Source: Nostoc sp. PCC 7120 = FACHB-418 (GTDB lineage Bacteria > Cyanobacteriota > Cyanobacteriia > Cyanobacteriales > Nostocaceae). From it: a stretch of DNA of 32,000 nt. This document shows positions 7,915 through 17,812 of this stretch, piece after piece; position 1 is the stretch's first letter; each line of letters begins with the position of its first letter. The position numbers were made by a program, and so were the translations under genes. The notes beneath the pieces are model-generated. The model was not told the origin of the DNA, ran no database searches, and was given only the letters and a program-made list of their open reading frames with translations. The stretch spans positions 3,030,001 through 3,062,000 of the forward strand of contig NC_003272.1 in assembly GCF_000009705.1 (NCBI RefSeq), given 5' to 3'.

Positions 7915-9984
7915 TTAAACTTCAACAGCTAAAGTCCGGACTAAAAAAGCCCATTTATCTGCGGCTTCTTCGATAATCTTCGCCGTGGGTTTCCCTGCAC
8001 CATGTCCAGCTTTAGTTTCAATTCTAATTAATACAGGTGCATTGCCGTTGTGTGCAGTTTGCAAAGCTGCGGCAAATTTGAAGCTGTGGGCGGGGACAAC
8101 GCGATCATCGTGATCGGCGGTGGTAATCAAGGTTGCGGGGTATGCTGTACCTGGTTTGAGATTATGCAGTGGTGAATAAGCGTAGAGTGCAGGAAACTCT
8201 TGTGGGTTATCTGGGGAACCATATTCAGCAGTCCAAGCCCAACCAATGGTAAATTTGTGAAACCGTAACATATCCATCACACCAACTGCTGGTAAAGCTG
8301 CGCCGAATAATTCAGGACGCTGAGTCATGCAAGCACCCACTAATAAACCACCGTTACTACCACCAGCGATCGCTAGTTTTTCCGGTTTTGTATAATTATT
8401 GGCAATCAACCACTCAGCAGCAGCAATAAAATCATCAAAAACATTTTGCTTTTTATCCTTCATTCCTGCTTGATGCCATTCTTCGCCGTATTCTCCGCCA
8501 CCGCGTATATTTGGCATGGCATAAACACCACCCATTTCCATCCATACCAACATACTTACAGAAAAACTGGGCGTGAGTGAGACATTAAAACCACCGTAGG
8601 CATAAAGATAAGTGGGGTTATTCCCATTCAATTGAATGCCTTTCTTATGTGTAATAAACATGGGTACTTGTGTACCATCTTTACTTTGATAAAAAACTTG
8701 TTTAGTTTCGTAATTATCAGGATTAAAATCTACAATTGTTTCTCTAAAAACCTCACTTTTTCCTGTTACTAAGTTATAGCGGTAAATAGTTCCTGGTGTA
8801 GTAAAACTAGTGAATTTGTAAAAAGTTTCTGTATCGTCACGCTTACCACCAAAGCCACCTACAGCACCCAATCCTGGTAATTCTACATCCCGAATTAATG
8901 TACCGTTGAGGTCGAAAATTTTAACTTGCGATCGGGCATCTTCTAAATAATCAGCAATAAACTGATTATTTAAGATATTGACACTTTCTAAAGTTGCTTC
9001 AGCTTGAGGAATAATTTCTCGCCATATTTCTTGAGACGGATTAGCTGTATCAATAGCAATTACTCTACCCCGTGGTGCATCCCAGTCAGTACGGAAGTAG
9101 AAAACGCTCTCATCATTATCAATGAAACTATAATCTGCTTCAAATTGATTAATTAGTTCTACAACTTCGGCATGGAGGTTAGTTAAGTCCTTATAAAAAA
9201 CTAGATTTCTGGAATCAGTACCCAGCCAAACCGAAATTATCAGATAGCAACCATCTTCTGAGACAACTCCATTAAAACCCCATTCTTTTTGATCAAGGCG
9301 TTGGTAAATTAGTACGTCTTCAGATTGGGGTGTACCTAATCGATGGTAGTAAAGCTTTTGGTAATAGTTAACATCTTCCAATTTGGTTTTTTCCTTTGGT
9401 TCGTCATAACGACTATAGAAAAAGCCTTGATTATCATTCGTCCAAGATGCACCGGAAAATTTAATCCAATTTAGATGATCTGGAAAATCTGCACCAGTTT
9501 CTACATCAACAACCTTCCATTCTTGCCAATCAGAACCAGAAGTAGATATACCATATGCCAAAAGCTTGCCATTATTGCTGATAGCTAAACCCGAAAGAGC
9601 AACAGTCCCATCATCTGAAAGTTTGTTAGGGTCTAGTAAAACTCTTGGTTCAGAATCCAGTGATTTCAATGTATACAAAACACTTTGATTTTGCAAGCCA
9701 TCATTTTTGAAATAAAAATAATTTTCTCCTTCTTTAAATGGGATTCCATACTTTTCATAATCCCAAAGTTTGTTAAGACGTTGTTGAATTTTCTCTCTAA
9801 TCGAAACTTCGCCCAAATACGCAAAAGTAATTTGATTTTGTGCCTCGATCCAAACCCTAGTTTTTTCAGAGTCAGGATCTTCTAACCAACGATAAGGATC
9901 TGCTACTAAAGTACCGTGGTAATCATCAACGTGATCAATTTTGTGGCTGAGTGGATAGTTAAGGGATTTTTCAGAGTAGGGCAT
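7915..9984 (-). CDS. prolyl oligopeptidase (S9A serine peptidase)
   Basis: 689 aa. N-terminal propeller-type region, catalytic GGSNGGLL Ser motif, TADHDDRV Asp and AGHGAGK His. Confidence 0.9.
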   Translation of the reverse strand: MPYSEKSLNYPLSHKIDHVDDYHGTLVADPYRWLEDPDSEKTRVWIEAQNQITFAYLGEVSIREKIQQRLNKLWDYEKYGIPFKEGENYFYFKNDGLQNQSVLYTLKSLDSEPRVLLDPNKLSDDGTVALSGLAISNNGKLLAYGISTSGSDWQEWKVVDVETGADFPDHLNWIKFSGASWTNDNQGFFYSRYDEPKEKTKLEDVNYYQKLYYHRLGTPQSEDVLIYQRLDQKEWGFNGVVSEDGCYLIISVWLGTDSRNLVFYKDLTNLHAEVVELINQFEADYSFIDNDESVFYFRTDWDAPRGRVIAIDTANPSQEIWREIIPQAEATLESVNILNNQFIADYLEDARSQVKIFDLNGTLIRDVELPGLGAVGGFGGKRDDTETFYKFTSFTTPGTIYRYNLVTGKSEVFRETIVDFNPDNYETKQVFYQSKDGTQVPMFITHKKGIQLNGNNPTYLYAYGGFNVSLTPSFSVSMLVWMEMGGVYAMPNIRGGGEYGEEWHQAGMKDKKQNVFDDFIAAAEWLIANNYTKPEKLAIAGGSNGGLLVGACMTQRPELFGAALPAVGVMDMLRFHKFTIGWAWTAEYGSPDNPQEFPALYAYSPLHNLKPGTAYPATLITTADHDDRVVPAHSFKFAAALQTAHNGNAPVLIRIETKAGHGAGKPTAKIIEEAADKWAFLVRTLAVEV

Positions 9985-10424
9985 AGTTTTGGATTAAAAG
10001 TATCTTTTCATATACTACAAACATAAACCCCAGTCTTGATGTAGGTACTATTGACGCAGAATTGGCATGGTTACGGTTTATCTGGGCGATCTTTAACCAT
10101 AGATTGGTAATTTATTGCTCAAGATGTCAAAGTTAGAACCATTTTACTATCTAGGGCTTCTAGATAAGCAAGCCCACTAGATATTTGCTTGATTGTTCCC
10201 TGGAGGGTTAGGTCAAAATGTCCTGCACCACCTATATTAACCTCTGGTAAGTCGTGGTGATATTAATAACCAAACCATACATAGGAATTAGTTGCTAGAG
10301 AGAAGGAGATAGCGAAAAGATATTCTTATCCTGTATTGTTAATAACAGTTCAGGAACGACTTTCTCTTTGGGGAGAAAGATGATTTAATAAAACTCTCGT
10401 AAATTGTTTTATATCAACACAAAA

Positions 10425-11675
10425 ATGAAAATAACTTTTGCGTATACCACAGCATTATTCTCTGCTTGTACTTTTTTTCTGGCAGCTTGTGGTGGTGCTA
10501 ACACAGACACAAATTCGACTAACAATTCTCCAAATAACACAACTAATGCTGCAACAAATGTTACTACAACAGCCAATAACAATACCATTCCCATTGGTAT
10601 CGCCCTAGCACAAACGAGTAATGTAGCTCTACTTGGTCAAGAACAAGTCGCTGGAGCTAAAATTGCTGAAAAGTATTTTAATGATAAGGGTGGAGTAAAC
10701 GGTACTCCAATTAAACTGATTTTTCAAGATACGGCTGGTGACGAAGCTGGAACAATTAATGCTTTTCAAACTCTTATCAATAAAGATAAAGTCGTAGGTA
10801 TTGTAGGGCCTACATTATCCCAACAAGCCTTTAGTGCTAATCCTATTGCTGAAAGAGCAAAAGTCCCAGTGATTGGGCCATCAAATACAGCAAAAGGCAT
10901 ACCAGAAATTGGTGATTATGTGGCGCGCGTTTCTGCACCTGTGTCTGTAGTTGCACCCAATTCAGTCAAAGCTGCACTTAAGCAAAATCCCAACATTAAA
11001 AAAGTCGCGGTTTTCTTCGCTCAAAATGATGCCTTTAGTAAATCAGAAACAGAGATTTTTCAACAAACTATTAAGGAACAAGGGCTGGAATTAGTAACAG
11101 TACAAAAGTTCCAAACTACTGATACTGACTTTCAATCTCAGGCGACTAATGCGATTAATTTAAAACCTGATTTGGTGATTATTTCTGGACTAGCTGCCGA
11201 TGGTGGCAACTTAGTTAGACAGTTGCGTGAATTGGGTTATCAAGGTGCAATTATTGGTGGTAATGGTTTAAATACCTCAAATGTTTTCGCAGTTTGTAAA
11301 GCACTGTGTGATGGCGTGTTAATAGCTCAAGCTTACAGTCCAGAATATACTGGTGAAATTAATAAAGCATTTCGCCAAGCCTATGTTGATCAATATAAGA
11401 AAGAACCGCCTCAATTTAGCGCTCAAGCTTTTGCCGCAGTACAAGTATATGTAGAATCTCTCAAAGCATTAGACAGCATGAACAAAGTTAGTAAAATACA
11501 GTTACCGGAATTACGTACAGAATTGAACAAACAGCTACTAACAGGTAAATACAATACACCATTAGGAGAAATTAGTTTTACACCAATTGGTGAAGTTGTA
11601 CAACAAGATTTTTATGTAGCTCAAATTAAAATGGAAAAGGATGGTAGTCAAGGTAAGTTTACATTTTTGAAATAG
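10425..11675 (+). CDS. branched-chain amino-acid-type ABC transporter substrate-binding lipoprotein
   Basis: Lipobox FLAAC, N/T-rich linker, then an LivJ/type-I periplasmic binding fold (IGIALAQTSNVALLGQE, VVGIVGPTLSQQA). ATG at 10425 is preferred over the TTG at 10404. Confidence 0.85.
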   Translation: MKITFAYTTALFSACTFFLAACGGANTDTNSTNNSPNNTTNAATNVTTTANNNTIPIGIALAQTSNVALLGQEQVAGAKIAEKYFNDKGGVNGTPIKLIFQDTAGDEAGTINAFQTLINKDKVVGIVGPTLSQQAFSANPIAERAKVPVIGPSNTAKGIPEIGDYVARVSAPVSVVAPNSVKAALKQNPNIKKVAVFFAQNDAFSKSETEIFQQTIKEQGLELVTVQKFQTTDTDFQSQATNAINLKPDLVIISGLAADGGNLVRQLRELGYQGAIIGGNGLNTSNVFAVCKALCDGVLIAQAYSPEYTGEINKAFRQAYVDQYKKEPPQFSAQAFAAVQVYVESLKALDSMNKVSKIQLPELRTELNKQLLTGKYNTPLGEISFTPIGEVVQQDFYVAQIKMEKDGSQGKFTFLK

Positions 11676-11714
11676 GAAATTTAGGGTGGATAGTGGGAGG
11701 GTGAAGAAAACTAT

Positions 11715-11749
11715 TGACTAATGACAACTGACAACTGACAACTGACTAA
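11715..11749. repeat. STRR-type heptamer array (TGACAAC/TGACTAA, 5 units)
   Basis: TGACTAA TGACAAC TGACAAC TGACAAC TGACTAA. The array ends 5 nt before the livH-like ATG. Confidence 0.85.
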
Positions 11750-11754
11750 ATTAA

Positions 11755-12705
11755 ATGGATATTAGTGTATTTTTACAACAATTATTGAATGGGTTATCTA
11801 TTGGCAGCGTTTATGCAATCTTTGCCTTAGGTTATACATTGGTTTATTCCATTTTGGGAATTATTAATTTAGCACATGGGGCAATTTTTACTCTGGGAGC
11901 ATATTTTACTTATGCTCTTATGGGTGGAACCTTTGGGTTTAATGGTTTGCTGGCTAACGCTACTTTGCCGATACAATTACCATTTGCTATGGCATTGATT
12001 ATGGGTAGTAGTTTAGCTGGTTTAGTGGGAGTAGCAATGGAAAGAATTGCTTTTCAACCTTTACGAAAAAAAGGATCTGACACCTTACTAACTGTGGTTT
12101 CTAGCTTAGGGGTAGCAGTGGTAATTGTGAACCTAATTCAATATTTAGTAGGTGCAGAAAGTTATACATTTCCAGCAAATACTTTTGGGAATTTACCCCC
12201 AGCGTTTAACTTTGGAACTTTGGAAAAACCGATTCCTATTCGTAGCGTACAGGTGGTAATTTTTACTGTATCTGTTGTGATTGTGGCTATTCTTACTTAC
12301 TTTATTAATCGTACTAAATACGGTAAAGCAATTCAGGCGATCGCCGAAGATGCCACTACTGCTAGTTTATTAGGTATCAATAGCGATCGCTTTATTGTCT
12401 TAACTTTTTTTATCAGCAGTTTTCTCGCTGGCTTGGCGGGTACATTAGTCGCTTCTAGTGTAAGCATTGCAGGCCCTTATTTTGGGATTGGCTTTGGGTT
12501 GCGGGGTTTAGCGGTGATTGTTTTGGGTGGCTTAGGTAGCATTCCTGGCGCAGTGCTGGGAGGTTTACTGATTGGTGTGGTTGAGGCGCTGGTTCCCTCT
12601 GATTACTCTGGTTATAAAGACGCTGTAGCTTTCGGCATTTTGTTTATCATGCTATTAGTTAGACCCCAAGGATTATTAGGTCGTCGGTTTATTCAGAAAG
12701 TCTGA
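11755..12705 (+). CDS. livH: branched-chain amino-acid ABC transporter permease (LivH family)
   Basis: N-terminus FLQQLLNGLSIGSVYAIFALGYTLVYSILGIINLAHG is typical of LivH. Multi-TM protein of 316 aa. Confidence 0.9.
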   Translation: MDISVFLQQLLNGLSIGSVYAIFALGYTLVYSILGIINLAHGAIFTLGAYFTYALMGGTFGFNGLLANATLPIQLPFAMALIMGSSLAGLVGVAMERIAFQPLRKKGSDTLLTVVSSLGVAVVIVNLIQYLVGAESYTFPANTFGNLPPAFNFGTLEKPIPIRSVQVVIFTVSVVIVAILTYFINRTKYGKAIQAIAEDATTASLLGINSDRFIVLTFFISSFLAGLAGTLVASSVSIAGPYFGIGFGLRGLAVIVLGGLGSIPGAVLGGLLIGVVEALVPSDYSGYKDAVAFGILFIMLLVRPQGLLGRRFIQKV

Positions 12706-12716
12706 GGTACAAAGCC

Positions 12717-13319
12717 ATGACAGCAATCGCAAGACAAAAATTAACCTTTGATCAGTTTCTCGATAAATGTCCAGAGGAGGGTTTTTATGAACTTGTAAAT
12801 GGAGAAATTATAGAAGTGCGTTCAACCAGAAATCATGATGATGTTGCCAATTATCTATTGTTTGCTTTTAATGATAAAATTAGGCGATTAAATTTAAATT
12901 ATATAGTCAACAATACAGCAGTTTTTAGAACTACAACTGCTGATGGCATAGAACAAGGGCGCAAACCAGATGTTAGTGTAATTGATAGGGATTTATGGCG
13001 GTCAAATCGTTCAGCCTATTCTGCACTTGAGCAACCCATTCAATTGGCTGTAGAAGTGACATCAACTAATTGGGAGGATGACTATATTGATAAGTTGGAT
13101 GAATATCAAAGATTAGGCATTGAAGAATATTGGATTGTGGATTATTTAGCAATTGGAGACAGAAAATATTTAGGAACACCAAAAGAGCCGACTGTATTTG
13201 TCTTTCTATTAAATACTAATGGTAACTATGAGCGTTCATCTTTTAAAGGTTCTGAGCGTATTATATCAGTCACCTTTCCTGAACTAACATTAACCGCAGA
13301 GCAAATATTAACAGCTTAA
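12717..13319 (+). CDS. Uma2-family (DUF820) putative endonuclease
   Basis: Family hallmarks: FDQFL, ELVNGEI, PDVSV, AVEVTS and EYWIVDY. GAGG SD 9 nt upstream. The gene lies 11 nt after livH and 22 nt before livM. Confidence 0.8.
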   Translation: MTAIARQKLTFDQFLDKCPEEGFYELVNGEIIEVRSTRNHDDVANYLLFAFNDKIRRLNLNYIVNNTAVFRTTTADGIEQGRKPDVSVIDRDLWRSNRSAYSALEQPIQLAVEVTSTNWEDDYIDKLDEYQRLGIEEYWIVDYLAIGDRKYLGTPKEPTVFVFLLNTNGNYERSSFKGSERIISVTFPELTLTAEQILTA

Positions 13320-13341
13320 AGTTTCATAAAAGCAATTTAAA

Positions 13342-14268
13342 ATGGCTGAATTTTTCTCCACCTATGGTTCTCTCATCGTCTCTATGGTGTTGGGGGCGTT
13401 ACTGGGACTATCACTTTACTTACCTCTTATGGCGGGGCAATTATCTTTAGCAAGCCCTGGATTTTATGCTTTAGGTGGTTATATTGCCGCGATTTTATCA
13501 ACCAAAGTTTTTCAAACTAACAGTAATTCATTTCCTATACCGCTACTTTTATTGGAAATGTTAATTGCTGCTGTAGTCTCTGGTTTATTAGGGATAGCTG
13601 TAGGTATTCCAGCTTTACGTTTGCGGGGAATTTATTTGGCGATCGCTACTATCGCTTTTGTGGAAGTTTTACGCGTTCTCTCCCTAAATTTAGATATTAC
13701 AGGCGGTGCTGTCGGTATTTTTGGTATCCCTCAACCCTTCCAAACACCAATCGAATATTTATGGATTACTTTGCCACTACTATTAATTAGTATGGTGCTA
13801 TTTTACCGTTTAGAACGGGTGCGAGTAGGTAGAGCTTTTACTGCCATCCGTGAAGATGAATTAGCAGCCGGGGCGATGGGGATTAACCCAACTTACTACA
13901 AAGTTTTAGCATTTACTTTAGGGGCGATGCTTGCTGGTATTGTGGGTGTGATTAGCGCCCACTTTCTTAATACTTGGAATGCCAGACAAGGAACATTTGA
14001 TGCTAGTATTATCTACCTCACTTTTGTTTTAATTGGTGGTTCGAGAACTTTTTTAGGTTCAGTTGTTGGTGGTATGGTATTTACAGCTTTACCAGAAGTT
14101 TTACGCGGACTAGCTGATACAGGTGGTTTTCCTACTTGGTTAGCCCAGTTTCTCCGGGATGGTAGGTTAATTATTTTTGGGTTGTTAATAGTTACAGGTA
14201 CTATTTTCTTTCCTCAGGGTTTGGTAACTCCAGATATTTTTAAATTCGGTAAGCCTAAAAATAGATGA
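13342..14268 (+). CDS. livM: branched-chain amino-acid ABC transporter permease (LivM family)
   Basis: GQLSLASPGFYALGGYIAAIL plus multi-TM LivM-type topology. The stop overlaps the next start (ATGA). Confidence 0.9.
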   Translation: MAEFFSTYGSLIVSMVLGALLGLSLYLPLMAGQLSLASPGFYALGGYIAAILSTKVFQTNSNSFPIPLLLLEMLIAAVVSGLLGIAVGIPALRLRGIYLAIATIAFVEVLRVLSLNLDITGGAVGIFGIPQPFQTPIEYLWITLPLLLISMVLFYRLERVRVGRAFTAIREDELAAGAMGINPTYYKVLAFTLGAMLAGIVGVISAHFLNTWNARQGTFDASIIYLTFVLIGGSRTFLGSVVGGMVFTALPEVLRGLADTGGFPTWLAQFLRDGRLIIFGLLIVTGTIFFPQGLVTPDIFKFGKPKNR

Positions 14269-15044
14269 GCCTAGATAAAAGTAGAGTTATATTAGAAGCA
14301 AAGTCACTCACACGCCGCTTTGGTGGTTTAGTAGCGGTAAATAATGTATCTTTTACAGTTAATCACTATGAAATTTTCGGTTTGATAGGGCCTAATGGTG
14401 CGGGTAAAACTACACTGTTTAACTTAATTACAGCTTTAATTCCACCTTCCAGTGGTGAATTAATTTATCAGAATAAAGCAATTGCTAAATTACGCCCTCA
14501 TCAAATTGCTAGTTTGGGTATTGCGCGGACATTTCAAAATATTCGCTTATTTGGGGAATTATCGGCACTAGAAAATGTGATAATTGCCCGTCATTTACAT
14601 ACTAAAAGTACTATATTTACAGGTGTTTTAGGATTACCACCAGCACCTAAAGAAGAATCTCGCAGTAGAGAGAAAGCTTTAGAATTATTAGAGATGGTGG
14701 GTTTAAGCGATCGCGCCCAAGAAAAAGCCCGCAACTTTGCCTACGGTGATCAACGGCGTTTAGAAATCGCCCGTGCTTTAGCTTTAGAACCGCAAATATT
14801 ACTACTCGATGAACCTGCGGCGGGGATGAATCCCAGTGAGAAACAGCAATTGAGTGATTTTATTCGGGAGATCCGCGATCGCTTCAATTTAACTATCATT
14901 TTAATTGAGCATCACGTACCCTTAGTCATGGGTTTGTGTGACAGGATTGCTGTATTAGATTTTGGACAATTAATTGCTTTAGGTGAACCATCTGTAGTCA
15001 GGAATGATCCGGCTGTAATTGAGGCTTATTTGGGCAATGAATAA
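14265..15044 (+). CDS. livG: ABC transporter ATP-binding protein (LivG family)
   Basis: Walker A GPNGAGKTT, signature region YGDQRRLEIARAL, Walker B LLLDEPAAG, LivG-type insertion and C-terminal VIEAYLG. Confidence 0.9.
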   Translation: MSLDKSRVILEAKSLTRRFGGLVAVNNVSFTVNHYEIFGLIGPNGAGKTTLFNLITALIPPSSGELIYQNKAIAKLRPHQIASLGIARTFQNIRLFGELSALENVIIARHLHTKSTIFTGVLGLPPAPKEESRSREKALELLEMVGLSDRAQEKARNFAYGDQRRLEIARALALEPQILLLDEPAAGMNPSEKQQLSDFIREIRDRFNLTIILIEHHVPLVMGLCDRIAVLDFGQLIALGEPSVVRNDPAVIEAYLGNE

Positions 15045-15060
15045 GTCTGCTGAAATTCTG

Positions 15061-15348
15061 CTAATGAACTAACAGCGATCGCACTATCATCAGGTTTTCT
15101 AATCGCTCTACAGTCTCCCCTTCTAGCCTTGCTGTTAACTCTTGGGGAATTTCACCAAAACGCCGTTCTAAGAGTCGGATTAATTGCCGTTGCATACCCT
15201 GCTGTAGTCCCTGCTGTAGTCCACGTTTTTCACCTTCAGCAAGGATTTCTTGATACCAAGGCGATTCTCGCAATACTGCCATATCCCACCTCATTATTTG
15301 CTGGACTAAATGAGTTTCTAATACAAAGCTAGCAAAAAATGCTAGCAA
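15061..15348 (-). pseudogene. remnant of an Rpn-family / DUF4351 (putative transposase-nuclease) gene, C-terminal part only
   Basis: SPWYQEILAEGEKRGLQQGLQQG...LLERRFGEIPQELTARLE matches the DUF4351 C-terminal module as I remember it. There is no ATG start (the ORF opens at TTG), the N-terminal nuclease part is absent, and the distal C-terminus diverges. Confidence 0.55.
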
Positions 15349-15378
15349 TGATTCTAACTGGTTTACTGATATTGAGGT

Positions 15379-16173
15379 ATGTTAGATATTATGTCAGAAC
15401 TCAATATTTCTAGATTTAAACCGCCGATGAACGCAGATGAAAGCCGATATGAAAATAGACAAGATTTTAAAATTTTAGAGATTCAGGAACTTGATGTTAA
15501 CTATGGCGGTATTCAAGCTCTGAAAAAGATTAATTTAACTATTCAAAAAGGTGAGGTTGTTACATTAATTGGTGCGAATGGTGCAGGTAAAAGTACCACA
15601 TTAAGGGCGATATCGAAGATAGTTACTCCGAAGAATGGGCAAATTATTTATAGTGGACGGAATATTACGCGCCGTCTACCCCATGAAGTTGTGAAGTTTG
15701 GTATTGCCCATTGTCCGGAAGGGCGGAGAGTATTGGCAAAGCAAACAGTTTTAGATAATTTACTTTTGGGTGCATATATTCGCTCCAATCAAACAGAGAT
15801 TAAAGCCGATATTAAACAACAATTTGAGTTGTTCCCCCGGCTAGCACAACGACAAAATCAACTAGCCGGAACTCTGAGTGGTGGAGAGCAGCAAATGTTG
15901 GCGATCGCTCGTGCTTTAATGAGTAGACCACAACTGTTACTGTTAGATGAGCCTAGCTTGGGTTTAGCACCAGCTATTGTGAGGGAAATATTCTCGATTA
16001 TTGAAAATTTGCGTGCTACTGGTGTGACTATTTTACTTGTGGAGCAGAACGCCAATTTAGCCCTACAAATCGCTGATAGAGGATATGTTTTGGAAGCTGG
16101 TTCTATTACCTTATCAGGGGCTGCATCCAACTTAATTAATGATGAGCGCGTGAAAAAAGCCTACTTGGGTTGA
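15379..16173 (+). CDS. livF: ABC transporter ATP-binding protein (LivF family)
   Basis: ILEIQELDVNYGGIQALK, Walker A GANGAGKST, signature LSGGEQQ, Walker B LLLDEPS and C-terminal KKAYLG. The start is ambiguous (ATG at 15379, 15391 or 15427). Confidence 0.9.
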   Translation: MLDIMSELNISRFKPPMNADESRYENRQDFKILEIQELDVNYGGIQALKKINLTIQKGEVVTLIGANGAGKSTTLRAISKIVTPKNGQIIYSGRNITRRLPHEVVKFGIAHCPEGRRVLAKQTVLDNLLLGAYIRSNQTEIKADIKQQFELFPRLAQRQNQLAGTLSGGEQQMLAIARALMSRPQLLLLDEPSLGLAPAIVREIFSIIENLRATGVTILLVEQNANLALQIADRGYVLEAGSITLSGAASNLINDERVKKAYLG

Positions 16174-16251
16174 TTATATTGCTGAGATCATTTACGTGGG
16201 AAAACTGATAATATCTGTGGGGATTGGTAATCGGTAAAATCAGGAAGAGTT

Positions 16252-17088
16252 ATGACAAATCAAGCTCCTATCCCAGTTATTGTCAATGGTGCTGCTGGCA
16301 AAATGGGACGTGAAGTAGTCAAAGCAGTAGCCCAAGCACCAGACTTAAACTTATTGGGTGCAATTGACAGCAGTCCAGAACATCAAGGTAAAGATGCAGG
16401 AGAATTAGCGGGGTTAAGTGAACCTCTGGAAGTTCCCATCACAAACCAACTAGAACCAATGCTGGGTTATGTCGCTGGAGAAAGACAGGGGCCGCCAGGG
16501 GTAATAGTAGACTTTACTCATCCTGACTCAGTTTATGATAATGTACGCAGTGCGATCGCCTACGGTATTCGTCCGGTTGTTGGTACGACAGGATTAAGCC
16601 CAGCACAAATCCAAAATTTAGCTGATTTTGCCGAAAAAGCCAGCACTGGCTGTCTGATTATTCCTAACTTCTCCATAGGTATGGTGTTGCTACAACAAGC
16701 AGCCGTCACCGCATCACAATATTTTGACCACGTAGAAATCATCGAACTGCACCACAATCAAAAAGCCGATGCACCCAGTGGTACAGCTATTCAAACCGCC
16801 GAGTTACTAGCAGAATTGGGTAAAACTTTTAACTCTGCTATTGTGGAAGAGACGGAAAAAATACCCGGAGCTAGAGGTAGTTTAGCTGAGGAAGGAATTA
16901 GAATTCATAGCGTCCGCTTACCCGGACTGATAGCCCATCAAGAAGTAATTTTTGGCGCACCAGGACAAATTTATACATTACGCCATGATACAAGCGATCG
17001 CGCCTGCTATATGCCTGGAGTTTTACTTGCGATTCGCAAAGTCTTACAGCTAAAGTCGTTAGTATATGGTTTAGAAAAGATCCTTTAA
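16252..17088 (+). CDS. dapB: 4-hydroxy-tetrahydrodipicolinate reductase
   Basis: N-terminal NAD(P) site [18 protein letters not shown], and the central [18 protein letters not shown] motif is diagnostic for DapB. Confidence 0.95.
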   Translation: MTNQAPIPVIVNGAAGKMGREVVKAVAQAPDLNLLGAIDSSPEHQGKDAGELAGLSEPLEVPITNQLEPMLGYVAGERQGPPGVIVDFTHPDSVYDNVRSAIAYGIRPVVGTTGLSPAQIQNLADFAEKASTGCLIIPNFSIGMVLLQQAAVTASQYFDHVEIIELHHNQKADAPSGTAIQTAELLAELGKTFNSAIVEETEKIPGARGSLAEEGIRIHSVRLPGLIAHQEVIFGAPGQIYTLRHDTSDRACYMPGVLLAIRKVLQLKSLVYGLEKIL

Positions 17089-17113
17089 ACTTCAAACTCC
17101 CCATTCCCCACTC

Positions 17114-17797
17114 ATGTTAGTTCCACTGACTCGCCAGAAATTTGAACAACTAATTCCTTTAATTGCCACTGGCCCGCAGTATAAGTACTACTGGGGAAAG
17201 TTTTCCAACTTTTTGCAGCGCCTGCTAGCTTCTGTAGTATCCGTAGTTGTGATTCTCCTGATTAGGTCAGTTTTTCGCTTAGAGTTTGGCCTTATCATCT
17301 TTTTCTTGGGTGTATTCGCCGCCTTTTTCTGGATGTGGTACCCCGTACTTCAAGCTAGCCTACGTAATGCAAAATGCCGCCGTTACAAGTACAGTGGCTT
17401 TTTCCGTGGGCGAATTTTGGATTGGTGGATTACAGATAAGTTGATGGGTAAACAAGAAACTGTCAACAGCAAAGGCGAATTGGTAATTGTCGAAAACCGA
17501 GAAAAACGGATCAATATTGAGGTAGGCGACGATACAGGATTTAGTGTCGAGTTAGAAGCACCCCTACGTCCTTTCCATAAAGCCATCGCCCGTGGTCAAA
17601 TTGCTGAGATGATTGTCTTATCAGATCGTCCTGATTTGAGCAGAATCGAAGAATTTAGTGATGTTTATATCCCCAGCCGCGACCTCTGGGTAAACGATTA
17701 TCCCTATCTACGCAGGGATTTCTTTAACGAAGTCAGCAGCCGTTTACGCCCAGACCGACAAGATAAACCACGCCGCAGACGCAGAACTGAGGAGTAG
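17114..17797 (+). CDS. conserved-looking hypothetical membrane protein, 227 aa
   Basis: Two hydrophobic segments near the N-terminus, a soluble C-terminal half and a basic tail (KPRRRRRTEE). No family recognised. Confidence 0.55.
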   Translation: MLVPLTRQKFEQLIPLIATGPQYKYYWGKFSNFLQRLLASVVSVVVILLIRSVFRLEFGLIIFFLGVFAAFFWMWYPVLQASLRNAKCRRYKYSGFFRGRILDWWITDKLMGKQETVNSKGELVIVENREKRINIEVGDDTGFSVELEAPLRPFHKAIARGQIAEMIVLSDRPDLSRIEEFSDVYIPSRDLWVNDYPYLRRDFFNEVSSRLRPDRQDKPRRRRRTEE

Positions 17798-17812
17798 GGA
17801 GAGATAAGAGGT

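Noticed and set aside
10333-10346. NtcA-like site GTA-N8-AAC (TGTATTGTTAATAACA) about 80 nt upstream of the SBP gene
   Set aside because: The downstream half-site is imperfect (AAC, not TAC), and I find no TAN3T -10 box at the expected spacing of about 22 nt. There is not enough evidence to call it.
15415-15445. CCGCCGATGAACGCAGATGAAAGCCGAT at the 5' end of livF as a copy of a short dispersed cyanobacterial repeat (translating as PPMNADES)
   Set aside because: I only recall similar MNADE-type repeat translations from memory, and there is a single unit here. I cannot verify it without a genome-wide search, so it is mentioned only as a possible reason for the atypical livF N-terminus.
10425-16173. 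Transporter cluster as the urea system urtABCDE (same gene order)
   Set aside because: The permeases are 316 and 308 aa with LivH/LivM-type N-termini rather than the longer UrtB/UrtC. A generic HAAT-family amino-acid transporter is the safer call, and substrate specificity cannot be read from the sequence.
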